Positions 1-8,351 are shown, numbered from the stretch's first letter. The stretch: 38,973 nt of DNA from a bacterium (GCA_040756235.1 JBFLZG010000023.1:1-38973); one strand, 5' to 3'. Numbers and translations are program-made. The notes: a model not told the origin generated them from the letters alone.

Positions 1-120
1 TCCCCCGTGCACGGGGGAGAGGGTCGGGGTGAGGGGGAAACAGGAGCAGATTCACCCCTCATCCTGACCTTCTCCCCTCGGCGAGGGGAGAAGGTGACGA
101 AATCGACACCCCCTCCGCAG
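1..120 (-). repeat. Compound palindromic repeat, family A, copy 1 (truncated by window edge)
   Basis: Reverse complement of the element at ~28370-28490 and ~36090-36230. Hairpins TCCCCCGTGCACGGGGGAGAGGG and CCTTCTCCCCTCGGCGAGGGGAGAAGG. Confidence 0.85.
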
Positions 121-145
121 GGGCAGGTTTCGAACCTGCCCCTAC
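117..145 (-). repeat. GTAG-type REP hairpin overlapping the AKR stop codon
   Basis: Minus strand reads GTAGGGGCAGGTTCGAAACCTGCCCCTGC. The TAG of GTAG (142-144) is the AKR stop. Confidence 0.7.
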
Positions 146-1005
146 AAGGGTGACGCCACCCCCACCCGCCCCTTGGGCCCTCTGCTCTGGAACATGAAAT
201 CGAAGTTGGAGCTGGGGTTCAGCGCGTGCACGTGGTCCCCGATCTTCTCGAGCCGCGCTCTTTCTTCCTCGGTGAGCGGCCCTCGTTCCAGAACCCGGAG
301 GTTGCTCTTGAGCTGATCGAGTGTTTGCGGCGCAGTGAGGACCATGTGGATGGCCGGGTTCGAGAGAACGTACTGGTAGAGGTCCACCGGGTCGGGCGCC
401 TGCTCTCCGGGCGGCATCCAGCGCGGGTCGAACAGGTGGCCCCAGCGGGTCGAGTTGTAGCAGATCACCCCGGGTCCGTTCGCTCCGCCGACCAGGGGGA
501 GCACTTCCTTCTCAGCGCCCCGGTGGGCCGCATTGTAGCGGACCATGACGAGGTCGAACGCACCCCGGGACAGATGCTCGCGATAGGCGGCCCTGTTGTG
601 AGCGCTGATGCAAAGATGGCGGGCCAGCCCCTTTTCTTTCAACCTCAGTGCCCGGTCCAGGATCCTCCGGGGAACCGGGCCGTTGCGCATACCGAGGATG
701 AAGACGTCCGCCTGGTCGATCTTCAGTTGCCTCAGGCCGCGAAAGAAGGTCTGTTCCATGACCAGCCCGGTATAATCATAGGTCTGGAGCGCGATGACCA
801 TCCGCTCCCGGCAGCGGGGAGCCAGGGTCCGGATGGCGTCCCGCATCCCCTGTTTTCTGCGGGACCCCCAATAGAAGTAGTTGACCCCCTGCTCAAAGGC
901 CCACTCCAGCGCCCGGGAGGGGACGCCCGAGTCGGCCCCGATTCCCATGCGGGCCACACGGAGCCCGGACGCGCCGAGAACCACCGGTTCGGTGAAGTTC
1001 TTCAT
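142..1005 (-). CDS. Aldo/keto reductase-fold protein, divergent
   Basis: N-terminal LGASGLRVARMGIG, GLARHLCISAH, MVRYN and QLKSNL segments fit the AKR barrel. RBS AAGGAGG lies upstream of ATG 1005. Confidence 0.8.
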   Translation of the reverse strand: MKNFTEPVVLGASGLRVARMGIGADSGVPSRALEWAFEQGVNYFYWGSRRKQGMRDAIRTLAPRCRERMVIALQTYDYTGLVMEQTFFRGLRQLKIDQADVFILGMRNGPVPRRILDRALRLKEKGLARHLCISAHNRAAYREHLSRGAFDLVMVRYNAAHRGAEKEVLPLVGGANGPGVICYNSTRWGHLFDPRWMPPGEQAPDPVDLYQYVLSNPAIHMVLTAPQTLDQLKSNLRVLERGPLTEEERARLEKIGDHVHALNPSSNFDFMFQSRGPKGRVGVASPL

Positions 1006-1074
1006 GGTCGACCTCCTTCGAATGGGTAGTGAGCAGGGTGCCAGGAGCCAAAGACCGGGGCTTCGATCCCGATC

Positions 1075-1701
1075 TCAGACCGGACGCCACGGAACGGTGC
1101 CGTCCGTCAGCACGGCGCGCAGCACCTCCTCTTCGGCACGGACCCAGTCGGTCTGAGCGTCTGCGTAAGCGCCGGTCTCGTGCAGCTCGTAGGCCCGCCT
1201 CTCGATCGTGCTCCGATGGCGTGCCACGAGGTCTGCCCGGAACCCGTAATAGGCCTCCCAGGCGGGCACGGCCTCGGGACGCGCCTTCAGGACCCGTCGG
1301 ATCGCAGTCTCCGGTCCGCATCCCTCCACGAGGATCAGGTAGGCCAGGACCGTGAGGGGGGCACGCCCCAGGCCGGCCGTGCAGTGGACGTAGGTCCGAT
1401 GGCCCTGTGACAGAAGTCGGGCCAGGATGGGGACGGACCGGGGCAGGCAGCGCCGCATGTCCGAAACGTCGAAATCCCGGATCGGACATCGCATCATCTC
1501 GAGCCCCAGAGCTTCCCCGGCGCGGCGCATCGCTTGGTAATCGATGTTCCAGTAGGAGTGACAGTCATCGTGCTGGAGAGACAGCACGGCCGAAACGGCG
1601 GCTTCGGATCGGATCCGCCTCAGGTCACCGGGCTGCATGGGGCAGGTCCCGACCACGATTCGAGGCGTGACGTCACCCCAGTTGAGAGACCAGGTCCACA
1701 T
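1075..1701 (-). CDS. Dual-specificity phosphatase, SEX4/LSF2/laforin glucan-phosphatase-like, with C-terminal DUF2934-like domain
   Basis: CX5R loop YVHCTAGLGRAP, D-loop IRDFD, IVVGTCP and SLQHDDCHSYW. Tail IERRAYEL...DWVRAEEEV. Start reassigned to ATG 1701 because the longer ORF start lies in REP DNA. Confidence 0.85.
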   Translation of the reverse strand: MWTWSLNWGDVTPRIVVGTCPMQPGDLRRIRSEAAVSAVLSLQHDDCHSYWNIDYQAMRRAGEALGLEMMRCPIRDFDVSDMRRCLPRSVPILARLLSQGHRTYVHCTAGLGRAPLTVLAYLILVEGCGPETAIRRVLKARPEAVPAWEAYYGFRADLVARHRSTIERRAYELHETGAYADAQTDWVRAEEEVLRAVLTDGTVPWRPV

Positions 1702-1720
1702 GGGAATACACCATAGCACA
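1702..1720 (-). promoter_or_regulatory. Possible extended -10 promoter giving a near-leaderless transcript
   Basis: Minus strand TGTGCTATGGT lies 8 nt upstream of ATG 1701, and there is no Shine-Dalgarno. Confidence 0.35.
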
Positions 1721-1778
1721 AGGGGACCCGTTGGAATACCGGGGCACGTCCGTCCCCGGCCAGGTTGCGCGGAGCATC

Positions 1779-1866
1779 GCAGGGGCGACCGGCCCGGTCG
1801 CCCCCACAAGCAGCGCCCTGCGGGGCGCGGACCACCTCTTGTAGGGGCGACGCATGCTGGCGCCCT
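1779..1866. repeat. Pair of GTAG/GCAG-type REP hairpins
   Basis: GCAGGGGCGACCGGCCCGGTCGCCCCCAC (1779-1807) and GTAGGGGCGACGCATGCTGGCGCCCT (1841-1866). The second is near-identical to the reverse complement of 37571-37595. Confidence 0.7.
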
Positions 1867-1928
1867 TTCCGCAGGTCAGACCACGACCCTCCGGGATCAG
1901 GGGGAGCAGGGGCTGGATTCCGGTCTGC

Positions 1929-2139
1929 GAGGGTGTGTCATAAATCCGGTCAGACCTTCGTGCGACCACTCATTCCGGAGGACTCGGAGGCGCGGCCGCA
2001 TGATTTCCGTCATTCCGGCGCAGGCCGGAATCCAGTCCCTGCTCGCAGTTCCCACAGCGGGTCCAGCTGCACCCTTCTGGATCCCTGCTCTCACCCCGCT
2101 TCGCACATGGGCCGGGATGACGAATTGTGACACAGCCTC
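1929..2139. mobile_element. 211-bp MITE with terminal inverted repeats and a 4-bp target-site duplication
   Basis: Left end GAGGGTGTGTCATAAAT versus right end (reverse complement) GAGGCTGTGTCACAATT, 14/17 match. CTGC is duplicated at 1925-1928 and 2140-2143. No transposase. Confidence 0.8.
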
Positions 2140-2361
2140 CTGCGCCGGAATGACGAATAGGACACAGCGGGGGCTTGCAGGGGCGCCGCTTGCTGCGCCC
2201 TTCCCGGGATGCAGAAGCTGATTTCCAGCAACCGGGATCCATACAGCGCCCGGAGTCCTTGGAGGGCGACTTCCCGGCGTCGGACCCGCATCAGAACGTT
2301 CAGTTTTGTCTTCCTTGGATGAGCGGGACAGAAACGAAGTTCGCGCGCGGCTCCGGGGCGG

Positions 2362-5136
2362 TCACTGGGACAGCGTGGCGGGAGGAGCAGCCGGTGAACG
2401 GGTGCGCGAGGCGGGTGGCGACCAGGAGCCGCCCACGAGGCCCGCTTTTCTCCTGAGCAAGGCCTTCAGCACCTCCATGGAGGAGAAGACGATCGCGCCG
2501 AAAGCGAAAATGACGGCAAGGCCACGCCACGACGGCTCGTGCACTCCGAATGCGTCCCGAATCGACGGAACCTGGATCAGCCCGTAGGTGAGCAGGACCT
2601 GGGACGCGATCGCCAGGATGAGCCATTTGTGCGGTGGAGCCTTGAAGACGCTGTAGCGCATGGAACGGAAGTTGAGGGCGATGATGAGCTCGATGATGAT
2701 GAACAGGAAGAACATTTCGGTCCGGGCATTCGTGATGTCGGCCAGCTCGTGAAAAAAGGACACCAGGAACAAGGGAATCTCGATCATGACGGCCAGCAGG
2801 ATGAACGCGATGACCTCTCTCGAAAAAACGCTTTCCCTGGGGTCTCTCGGCGGCCTCTGCATGATGTCGGCGTCCGGAGGCGCCACGCCCAGGGCGAGGG
2901 CCGGGAGCCCGTCTGTGGCCAGGTTGATGTACAGAATGGCTGCAGGCAGGAGCGGCAGGTACTCGGGGCCCATGGCGAGGACCACACCGCCGATCACGGC
3001 CACTTCCGTGATGTTGCACCTGAGCAGAAAGGTCAGATACTTCTTGATGTTGTCGTAGATCCACCTTCCCAGCTCGATGGCCTTGACGATCGTGGCGAAG
3101 TTGTCGTCCATGAGGACCATGTCCGAGGCCTCCTTGGCGACGTCCGTCCCCGAGATGCCCATCGCGATGCCGATGTCCGCATGCTTGAGGGCCGGCGCGT
3201 CGTTCACTCCGTCACCGGTCATGGCCACGACCTCGCCGCGCTTCTTCCACGCCCGGACGATCTTCAGCTTGTCCATGGGGGATACCCGGGCATAGACCGT
3301 CACCTGGTCGACGATCTGCTCGAATTGCTTGTCCGTCAGCCTGTCCAGCTCCTCTCCGGTCAGGACCCGATCGCCTTCGGTATAGATTCCGATCTCCTTC
3401 GCCACGGCCACGGCCGTGAGCCTGTGGTCCCCGGTGATCATGATCGGCCGGATACGGACCTGTCTGCACACCCGGACGGCGTCCACGGCCTCTTCCCGGG
3501 GCGGATCCATCATGCCCACGAGACCGGAAAAGACGAGGTCCCTCTCCAGATCGTCTTCGTGCCAGGTCGCTGCCCCGTCCACCTCCCGGAACGCCAGGGC
3601 CAGCACCCGCAAGGCGCCTCGCGCCATCTCCTCGTTGACCTCGAGGATCCTGCGTCGCTCGCGCTCCGTGAGCCCCGTGGTTCCGGAAGCGGTCACGAGG
3701 CTGGAGCACCTCTCGAGGATGACCTCCGGGGCGCCTTTGACCAATGCCAGCTTCATGCCGTTGTCCGAGGCGTGGATCGTGGTCATCCTCTTGCGTTCGG
3801 AGCTGAACGGGATCTCCTCGATCCTCGGGCGGCTCAGACGGATCTCCTCCTGGTGGAAGCCGGCCTTGACTGCGGCCACGATGAGGGCTCCTTCGGTGGG
3901 GTCGCCCTTGACGTGCCACGTGCCGTCTCTCTCGAACAGCGATGCATCGTTGCACAGGAGCCCTGCCCGGAGCACCGTCTCGAGCGGCGGATGGGCGTCC
4001 ACCCGGATGGCACCCGATCCCCGAAATTCCCCCTCCGGAGCATAGCCGGTGCCGGTGACTTCGATCATCTGTCCGCCTGTGAAGATCTTGCGGATCGTCA
4101 TCTGCCCCTTGGTCAGGGTCCCGGTCTTGTCGGAGCAGATCACGGTGGTGCACCCGAGAGTCTCGACGGCCGGCATTTTCCGGATCAGGGCGTTGCGCTT
4201 GGACATCTGGCGCATCCCGATGGCGAGCGCGCCGGTCACGATGGCGGCCAGGGCCTCGGGGACGGCCGCCACGGCCAGGGCCACGGCGAACATGACCATC
4301 TGGACCGAAAAGGCCAGGGTGAGCCTGTCCGCGTAGACCTCCCGCCCGATGCTGATCCCCGCAATGAGAAAGCAAATGCCGAGCGCGATGAGGCCGAGCC
4401 ACTTGCCGATCTCTTCCGTTCGTTTCTCCAGGGGTGTCTTTTCGGTCTCCACCGAAAAGACCTCTCCTGCGATCCTCCCGAACTCGGTGTCCATCGCCGT
4501 GGCCGTGACCACGGCCTTGCCCCTCCCGTAGGTCACGGTCGTTCCGGCAAAGACGACGTTCTTCCGGTCCGGGACGCGCGCGTCCTCGGGGAGCGGAGCT
4601 TCCGTCTTGCTCACCGGCACCGATTCGCCGGTCAGGGGAGCCTCATCGCAATGGAGAGACCGGGTGGTCACGAGCCTTGCGTCCGCCGGGATCTTGTCTC
4701 CTGCCTCCAGGAGGAGGACGTCGCCAGGGACGAGGTTCTTGGAAGGGACCTCTTCCTCTTTGCCTCCCCGGAGCACGGTGATGGTCGGGGACAGCATTTT
4801 CTGCAGCGCCTCCAGGGCGCGTTCCGCCCGAAATTCCTGCACGAAACCGAGGACGGCGCAGAACAGGACGATCACGCCGATCAGGGCGGAATCCATCATC
4901 TCCCCGATCAATGCCGACAGCCCGATCGCGATCATGAGGATGATGATGAGGATGTTCTTGAACTGGTTCAGGAAGAGCGTCAGCGCGGAAGACCGTTCTT
5001 CTTTCCTGAGCTCATTGTGCCCATATTGCTCCAAGCGCGCTCTCACCTGGTCGCCGTTGAGCCCGAGATGAGGATCGGTATCCAGTTCCCGGATGACGTC
5101 TGCCGCGGCAAGGGAATGCCAAGATCTGTCTGCCAA
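2362..5136 (-). CDS. P-type ATPase, type IIA (Ca2+-ATPase-like)
   Basis: Motifs TGES, PEAL, DKTGT, KGAPE, MITGD, TGDGVND, TM5 CNITE and TM6 INLATDG. Start is TTG 5136 with GGAGG upstream; the longer ORF part is an out-of-frame overlap with oadB. Confidence 0.92.
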   Translation of the reverse strand: MADRSWHSLAAADVIRELDTDPHLGLNGDQVRARLEQYGHNELRKEERSSALTLFLNQFKNILIIILMIAIGLSALIGEMMDSALIGVIVLFCAVLGFVQEFRAERALEALQKMLSPTITVLRGGKEEEVPSKNLVPGDVLLLEAGDKIPADARLVTTRSLHCDEAPLTGESVPVSKTEAPLPEDARVPDRKNVVFAGTTVTYGRGKAVVTATAMDTEFGRIAGEVFSVETEKTPLEKRTEEIGKWLGLIALGICFLIAGISIGREVYADRLTLAFSVQMVMFAVALAVAAVPEALAAIVTGALAIGMRQMSKRNALIRKMPAVETLGCTTVICSDKTGTLTKGQMTIRKIFTGGQMIEVTGTGYAPEGEFRGSGAIRVDAHPPLETVLRAGLLCNDASLFERDGTWHVKGDPTEGALIVAAVKAGFHQEEIRLSRPRIEEIPFSSERKRMTTIHASDNGMKLALVKGAPEVILERCSSLVTASGTTGLTERERRRILEVNEEMARGALRVLALAFREVDGAATWHEDDLERDLVFSGLVGMMDPPREEAVDAVRVCRQVRIRPIMITGDHRLTAVAVAKEIGIYTEGDRVLTGEELDRLTDKQFEQIVDQVTVYARVSPMDKLKIVRAWKKRGEVVAMTGDGVNDAPALKHADIGIAMGISGTDVAKEASDMVLMDDNFATIVKAIELGRWIYDNIKKYLTFLLRCNITEVAVIGGVVLAMGPEYLPLLPAAILYINLATDGLPALALGVAPPDADIMQRPPRDPRESVFSREVIAFILLAVMIEIPLFLVSFFHELADITNARTEMFFLFIIIELIIALNFRSMRYSVFKAPPHKWLILAIASQVLLTYGLIQVPSIRDAFGVHEPSWRGLAVIFAFGAIVFSSMEVLKALLRRKAGLVGGSWSPPASRTRSPAAPPATLSQ

Positions 5137-5216
5137 GTCGTGCCTCCACCGATTTGTTGAGTGTAGAGCTCCCGAGCCTGTCCGATAGCCAGGGGGCCGG
5201 GCCTGAAGGGTCGTTC

Positions 5217-6359
5217 TCAGCCGAGCCCCATTCCCTTGATGACCGAGAGCATGATGGCGGCCGCCATGACCGATCCGATCTGGCCGCCCGTGTTCACGCC
5301 GACCGCGTGCATGAGAAGCCAGTTGTTCGGATCGTACCTGCGGCCTTCGTTCTGGACGACGCGTGCCGCCATCGGGTACGCGGAGATACCCGCTGCCCCG
5401 ATGAGAGGATTGATCTTCCCTCCGCTCAGGGCGCACATGAGCTTTCCGAACAGGACGCCGGTGACGGTATCCAGGCAGATCGCCAGGAAGCCGAGCATCA
5501 GGACGAGGAGGGTCTGGGTCTTGAGGAACGAGTCCCCCTGCATGGTGGCCCCAATGGAAAGGCCGAGCAGGAGCGTCACGATGTTTGCGATCTCGTTCTC
5601 CGAAGCCTTGGTCAGACGGCTGACCACCCCGGATTCCCTCATGAGGTTGCCGAGCATGATCATGCCCATGAGCGGGGTGCCCATGGGGGCGATCAGGCAC
5701 GTGACGAGGGTCACGGCGACCGGGAAGACGATCTTCAGGCTCCTGGAAACCGACTTGTGGTCGGGATATTTCATGACGATGGTGCGTTCGCGGCGGGTCG
5801 TCATGAGGCGCATGATCGGGGGCTGGATGAGCGGGACGAGCGCCATGTACGAATAGGCGGCAACGGAGACGGCGCCGAGCAAATGGGGTGCGTACTTGGA
5901 AGTCACGTAGATGGACGTCGGCCCGTCGCAGGCTCCGATGATGCCGATGGCAACCGCATCGAGCTGCGGGAATCCCAGGAGCAGGGCGAGCAGGAGGGTC
6001 AGGAAGATACCGAACTGGCCTGCGGCGCCCAGAAGGAGAATCTTCGGGTTCTCGAGAAGGGGACCGAAATCCGTCATGGCCCCGATGCCGATGAAAATGA
6101 GGCAGGGAAAGACTTCCGTGAGGACGCCGGCGTCATAGAACTGCCGGAGCAGCCCTTCCGGCTCCATCAGACCGGCCATGGGGATGTTCACCAGCAGCGC
6201 TCCGAACCCGATCGGCAGCAGGAGCAGCGGTTCGTAATTCCTCGCGATCCCGAGATAGAGAAGCAGGCATCCCACTCCGATCATGATGGCGTTCTCGAGG
6301 GTCAGAAGACCGAACCCCGTCGTCAGACTCTGCAGACCGGACAGAATGGCTTCGATCAT
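5217..6359 (-). CDS. oadB: Na+-translocating decarboxylase beta subunit
   Basis: YEPLLLLPIGFG, GAMTDFGPL, GAAGQFG, IIGACDGPTSIY, YSYMALVP and NPLIGAAG. Confidence 0.93.
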   Translation of the reverse strand: MIEAILSGLQSLTTGFGLLTLENAIMIGVGCLLLYLGIARNYEPLLLLPIGFGALLVNIPMAGLMEPEGLLRQFYDAGVLTEVFPCLIFIGIGAMTDFGPLLENPKILLLGAAGQFGIFLTLLLALLLGFPQLDAVAIGIIGACDGPTSIYVTSKYAPHLLGAVSVAAYSYMALVPLIQPPIMRLMTTRRERTIVMKYPDHKSVSRSLKIVFPVAVTLVTCLIAPMGTPLMGMIMLGNLMRESGVVSRLTKASENEIANIVTLLLGLSIGATMQGDSFLKTQTLLVLMLGFLAICLDTVTGVLFGKLMCALSGGKINPLIGAAGISAYPMAARVVQNEGRRYDPNNWLLMHAVGVNTGGQIGSVMAAAIMLSVIKGMGLG

Positions 6360-6508
6360 TTGTCAGTCTCCGAGCCCCGGGCGTTCGCATCCCGGTACGG
6401 GAGAAGGCGCTTCAACGCACGCACGAGCAATGTAAGGAGGTAAAGGCTGCCGAGCGTTCCCAGCACGCCGACCGCGCTGACCGTCAGTCCGAAGGCGAGA
6501 GTATCCAT
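6356..6508 (-). CDS. oadG: OadG-family small membrane subunit
   Basis: 50 aa with a single N-terminal TM segment (GLTVSAVGVLGTLGSLYLL). Its stop overlaps the oadB start by 4 nt. GAGGGA lies upstream of ATG 6508. Confidence 0.7.
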   Translation of the reverse strand: MDTLAFGLTVSAVGVLGTLGSLYLLTLLVRALKRLLPYRDANARGSETDK

Positions 6509-6560
6509 GCCGATCCCTCGGTTCGAGGTGAAGCACTCTTCTGTGAACGGGGTAGAGTCC

Positions 6561-6594
6561 AAAAAAACGGCCCTGGAGAATGGGCTCAGGGCCG
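6561..6594 (-). terminator. Intrinsic-terminator-like hairpin in the oadG leader
   Basis: Minus strand CGGCCCTG-11nt-CAGGGCCG-TTTTTTT, 52 nt upstream of the oadG ATG. Confidence 0.65.
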
Positions 6595-6607
6595 GAAGAG
6601 GACTGGA

Positions 6608-6637
6608 AGGCTAGCATAGACCAAGGGCGAGAGTCAA
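6608..6637 (-). promoter_or_regulatory. Candidate sigma70 promoter for oadG-oadB-ATPase
   Basis: Minus strand TTGACT-18nt-TAGCCT with TG one base upstream of the -10. Confidence 0.5.
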
Positions 6638-6946
6638 TCGGCTGCGGGTTGCCGGGCCGCCTTCCATGCGGGGCCGGAGCGAGCCGCCCGCCGTTCGCCC
6701 CGGATCGACCCGGGCAAGCAGCGAACGGCAAGGCCGGAGCGGCGGCAAAGTCGTCCTGGCGGCTGTAACTCCCCGGAGAACCGTGGAAAAAGACCGGGTG
6801 AATCCCTCGGAAGCCGTGTTGTATCGAAACCTGTGTGATAGGGATCCGCGAACGGCAGCGGAAGAGGGATATCTGCCCTATCCTGTGTTTTTTTTCACGC
6901 CCAAGATCGAACGATCATGGAATCGCCACATGGGAGGAGCAACGTC

Positions 6947-8176
6947 ATGAGAGTGTCATTCATCTCCAAGCTGTTCGTCGGCGTAGCCGCAGCATCCATG
7001 GCCTTTGCCGTGCCGGTCCCGGCGTCGCAGAAGGCCGACTATAGCAAGCAGATCCGAAGGGCGACCGAGCTGATGCAGAGCTTGCGATCGTCACCCAAGA
7101 TCCCGCGCCAGGTTCTGGAGAATTCGGCCGGCCTGGCCGTGTTTCCGGACGTGGTCGAGGTCGCAGCGCTGGTCGGCGGCAGGCATGGTGAGGGTGTCTT
7201 CGTGCAGAACAAGAACGGAAAGTGGAGCGCGCCCATTTTGGTCGCTCTGACGGGCGGCAGCCTCGGCGCTCAGGCCGGGATCGAGCAGAGCGACATCGTG
7301 CTCGTCTTCAGGGACTCGGGCTCCGTGGACAAGCTCCTGGCTGGCAAGTTCACCCTCGGGGCCGACGCGACGGTTACGGCCGGGCCGGTAGGCTGGGTGT
7401 CGGCTCGCTCTGCAGGCGCGGAAGCGGACATCGTTTCCCAGGGCATCCTCTCCTATGATTTCGACAAGAGAGGTCTCCTGGTGTCGGCGGCACTCGATGG
7501 CACCAGCCTGACGGTCCCTCGGGACGTGAATGAGGAGTTCTACGGCAAGCCAGGGATCACGGCGCGGCAGATCCTTCAGGGACAGGATGTGCGGGTTCCC
7601 CAGCTCGCGCAGAACTTCCAGCAGTCCGTCACTCAGTACTATGCCGCGGCTGAGAAAGGCGGCGGGAAGCAGCGTCAGACGATCGTGGGAAAGGTGCAGA
7701 GGGTAGGCGACCGCTACCTGCTGGCATCGAACCTGGGCGAGTTCGCGCTCTCCGGCCGGGACTTCAGCGATTTGACCGGCAAGAGAGTCGAGGTGACCGG
7801 CAACGTGTATGAGGCGGACGGGCAGCAGACCATCGAGGTCATCTCCGCGACCCAGGTCGGTACGTCCGCGGGGCAGGCGGGAGCCCCCATGGGGCTTTCC
7901 TCGTCGACCGTACGCGAGATCCAGCAGGAGCTTCAGTCCAAGGGGTTCAACCCGGGTCCGATCGACGGCCAGTGGGGGCCTCAGACCTCCCGTGCGATCA
8001 CGGAATTCCAGCGATCTGCGGACCTGACCCCGGACGGTGAGCCCAACCGGAAGACGCTCCAGGCGCTGGGCATCGAGGCCGACCAAGAGATGACTCGAGG
8101 CTATTACGGCGAGGAAGGCCCCGGCTCCCAGGAGCCCGGGCAGCAGGAAGAGCCGAGCGGTGCCGAGGCCATGTAG
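6947..8176 (+). CDS. Secreted SYLF (Ysc84-like) protein with an OB-like middle domain and a C-terminal peptidoglycan-binding domain
   Basis: Signal peptide. SYLF motifs IPRQVLENSAGLAVFP, GGRHGEG, GGSLGAQAG, TLGADATVTAGPVG and NEEFYG. PG_binding_1-like IQQELQSKGFNPGPIDGQWGPQTSRAITEFQ. RBS GGAGGAG precedes ATG 6947. Confidence 0.85.
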   Translation: MRVSFISKLFVGVAAASMAFAVPVPASQKADYSKQIRRATELMQSLRSSPKIPRQVLENSAGLAVFPDVVEVAALVGGRHGEGVFVQNKNGKWSAPILVALTGGSLGAQAGIEQSDIVLVFRDSGSVDKLLAGKFTLGADATVTAGPVGWVSARSAGAEADIVSQGILSYDFDKRGLLVSAALDGTSLTVPRDVNEEFYGKPGITARQILQGQDVRVPQLAQNFQQSVTQYYAAAEKGGGKQRQTIVGKVQRVGDRYLLASNLGEFALSGRDFSDLTGKRVEVTGNVYEADGQQTIEVISATQVGTSAGQAGAPMGLSSSTVREIQQELQSKGFNPGPIDGQWGPQTSRAITEFQRSADLTPDGEPNRKTLQALGIEADQEMTRGYYGEEGPGSQEPGQQEEPSGAEAM

Positions 8177-8312
8177 AGAGCTGTCCCCCTGAAAGCGGGC
8201 CTGTTGGAACAGGCTCTATGTGAGAAGCGTGAACCGCGCGCTGGCGCACATTGGCGAGCCGGACAGATCGACTTCTGTCCGGCTTTTTAGGGTTTCATCA
8301 CGGTCCCAGGAA

Positions 8313-8351
8313 GCCGGTACCGCGCGCGTTCGGTGCCGGCACTCTCTTCTT
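8313..8351 (+). terminator. Possible terminator downstream of the SYLF gene
   Basis: GCCGGTACCG-8nt-CGGTGCCGGC stem followed by pyrimidine-rich ACTCTCTTCTT; weak U tract. Confidence 0.35.

Noticed and set aside
2539..5160. Long plus-strand ORFs (873 aa here; also 5154-6443, 12539-14026, 15398-16897, 18803-20692, 25807-28230, 31938-34148, 34298-36271)
   Set aside because: Antisense shadows of well-supported minus-strand genes in GC-rich DNA, with no recognisable motifs.
5137..5700. 188-aa N-terminal extension of the P-type ATPase, or an oadB-ATPase fusion
   Set aside because: Out-of-frame overlap with oadB. A TTG start with GGAGG at 5136 gives a normal P2A N-terminus.
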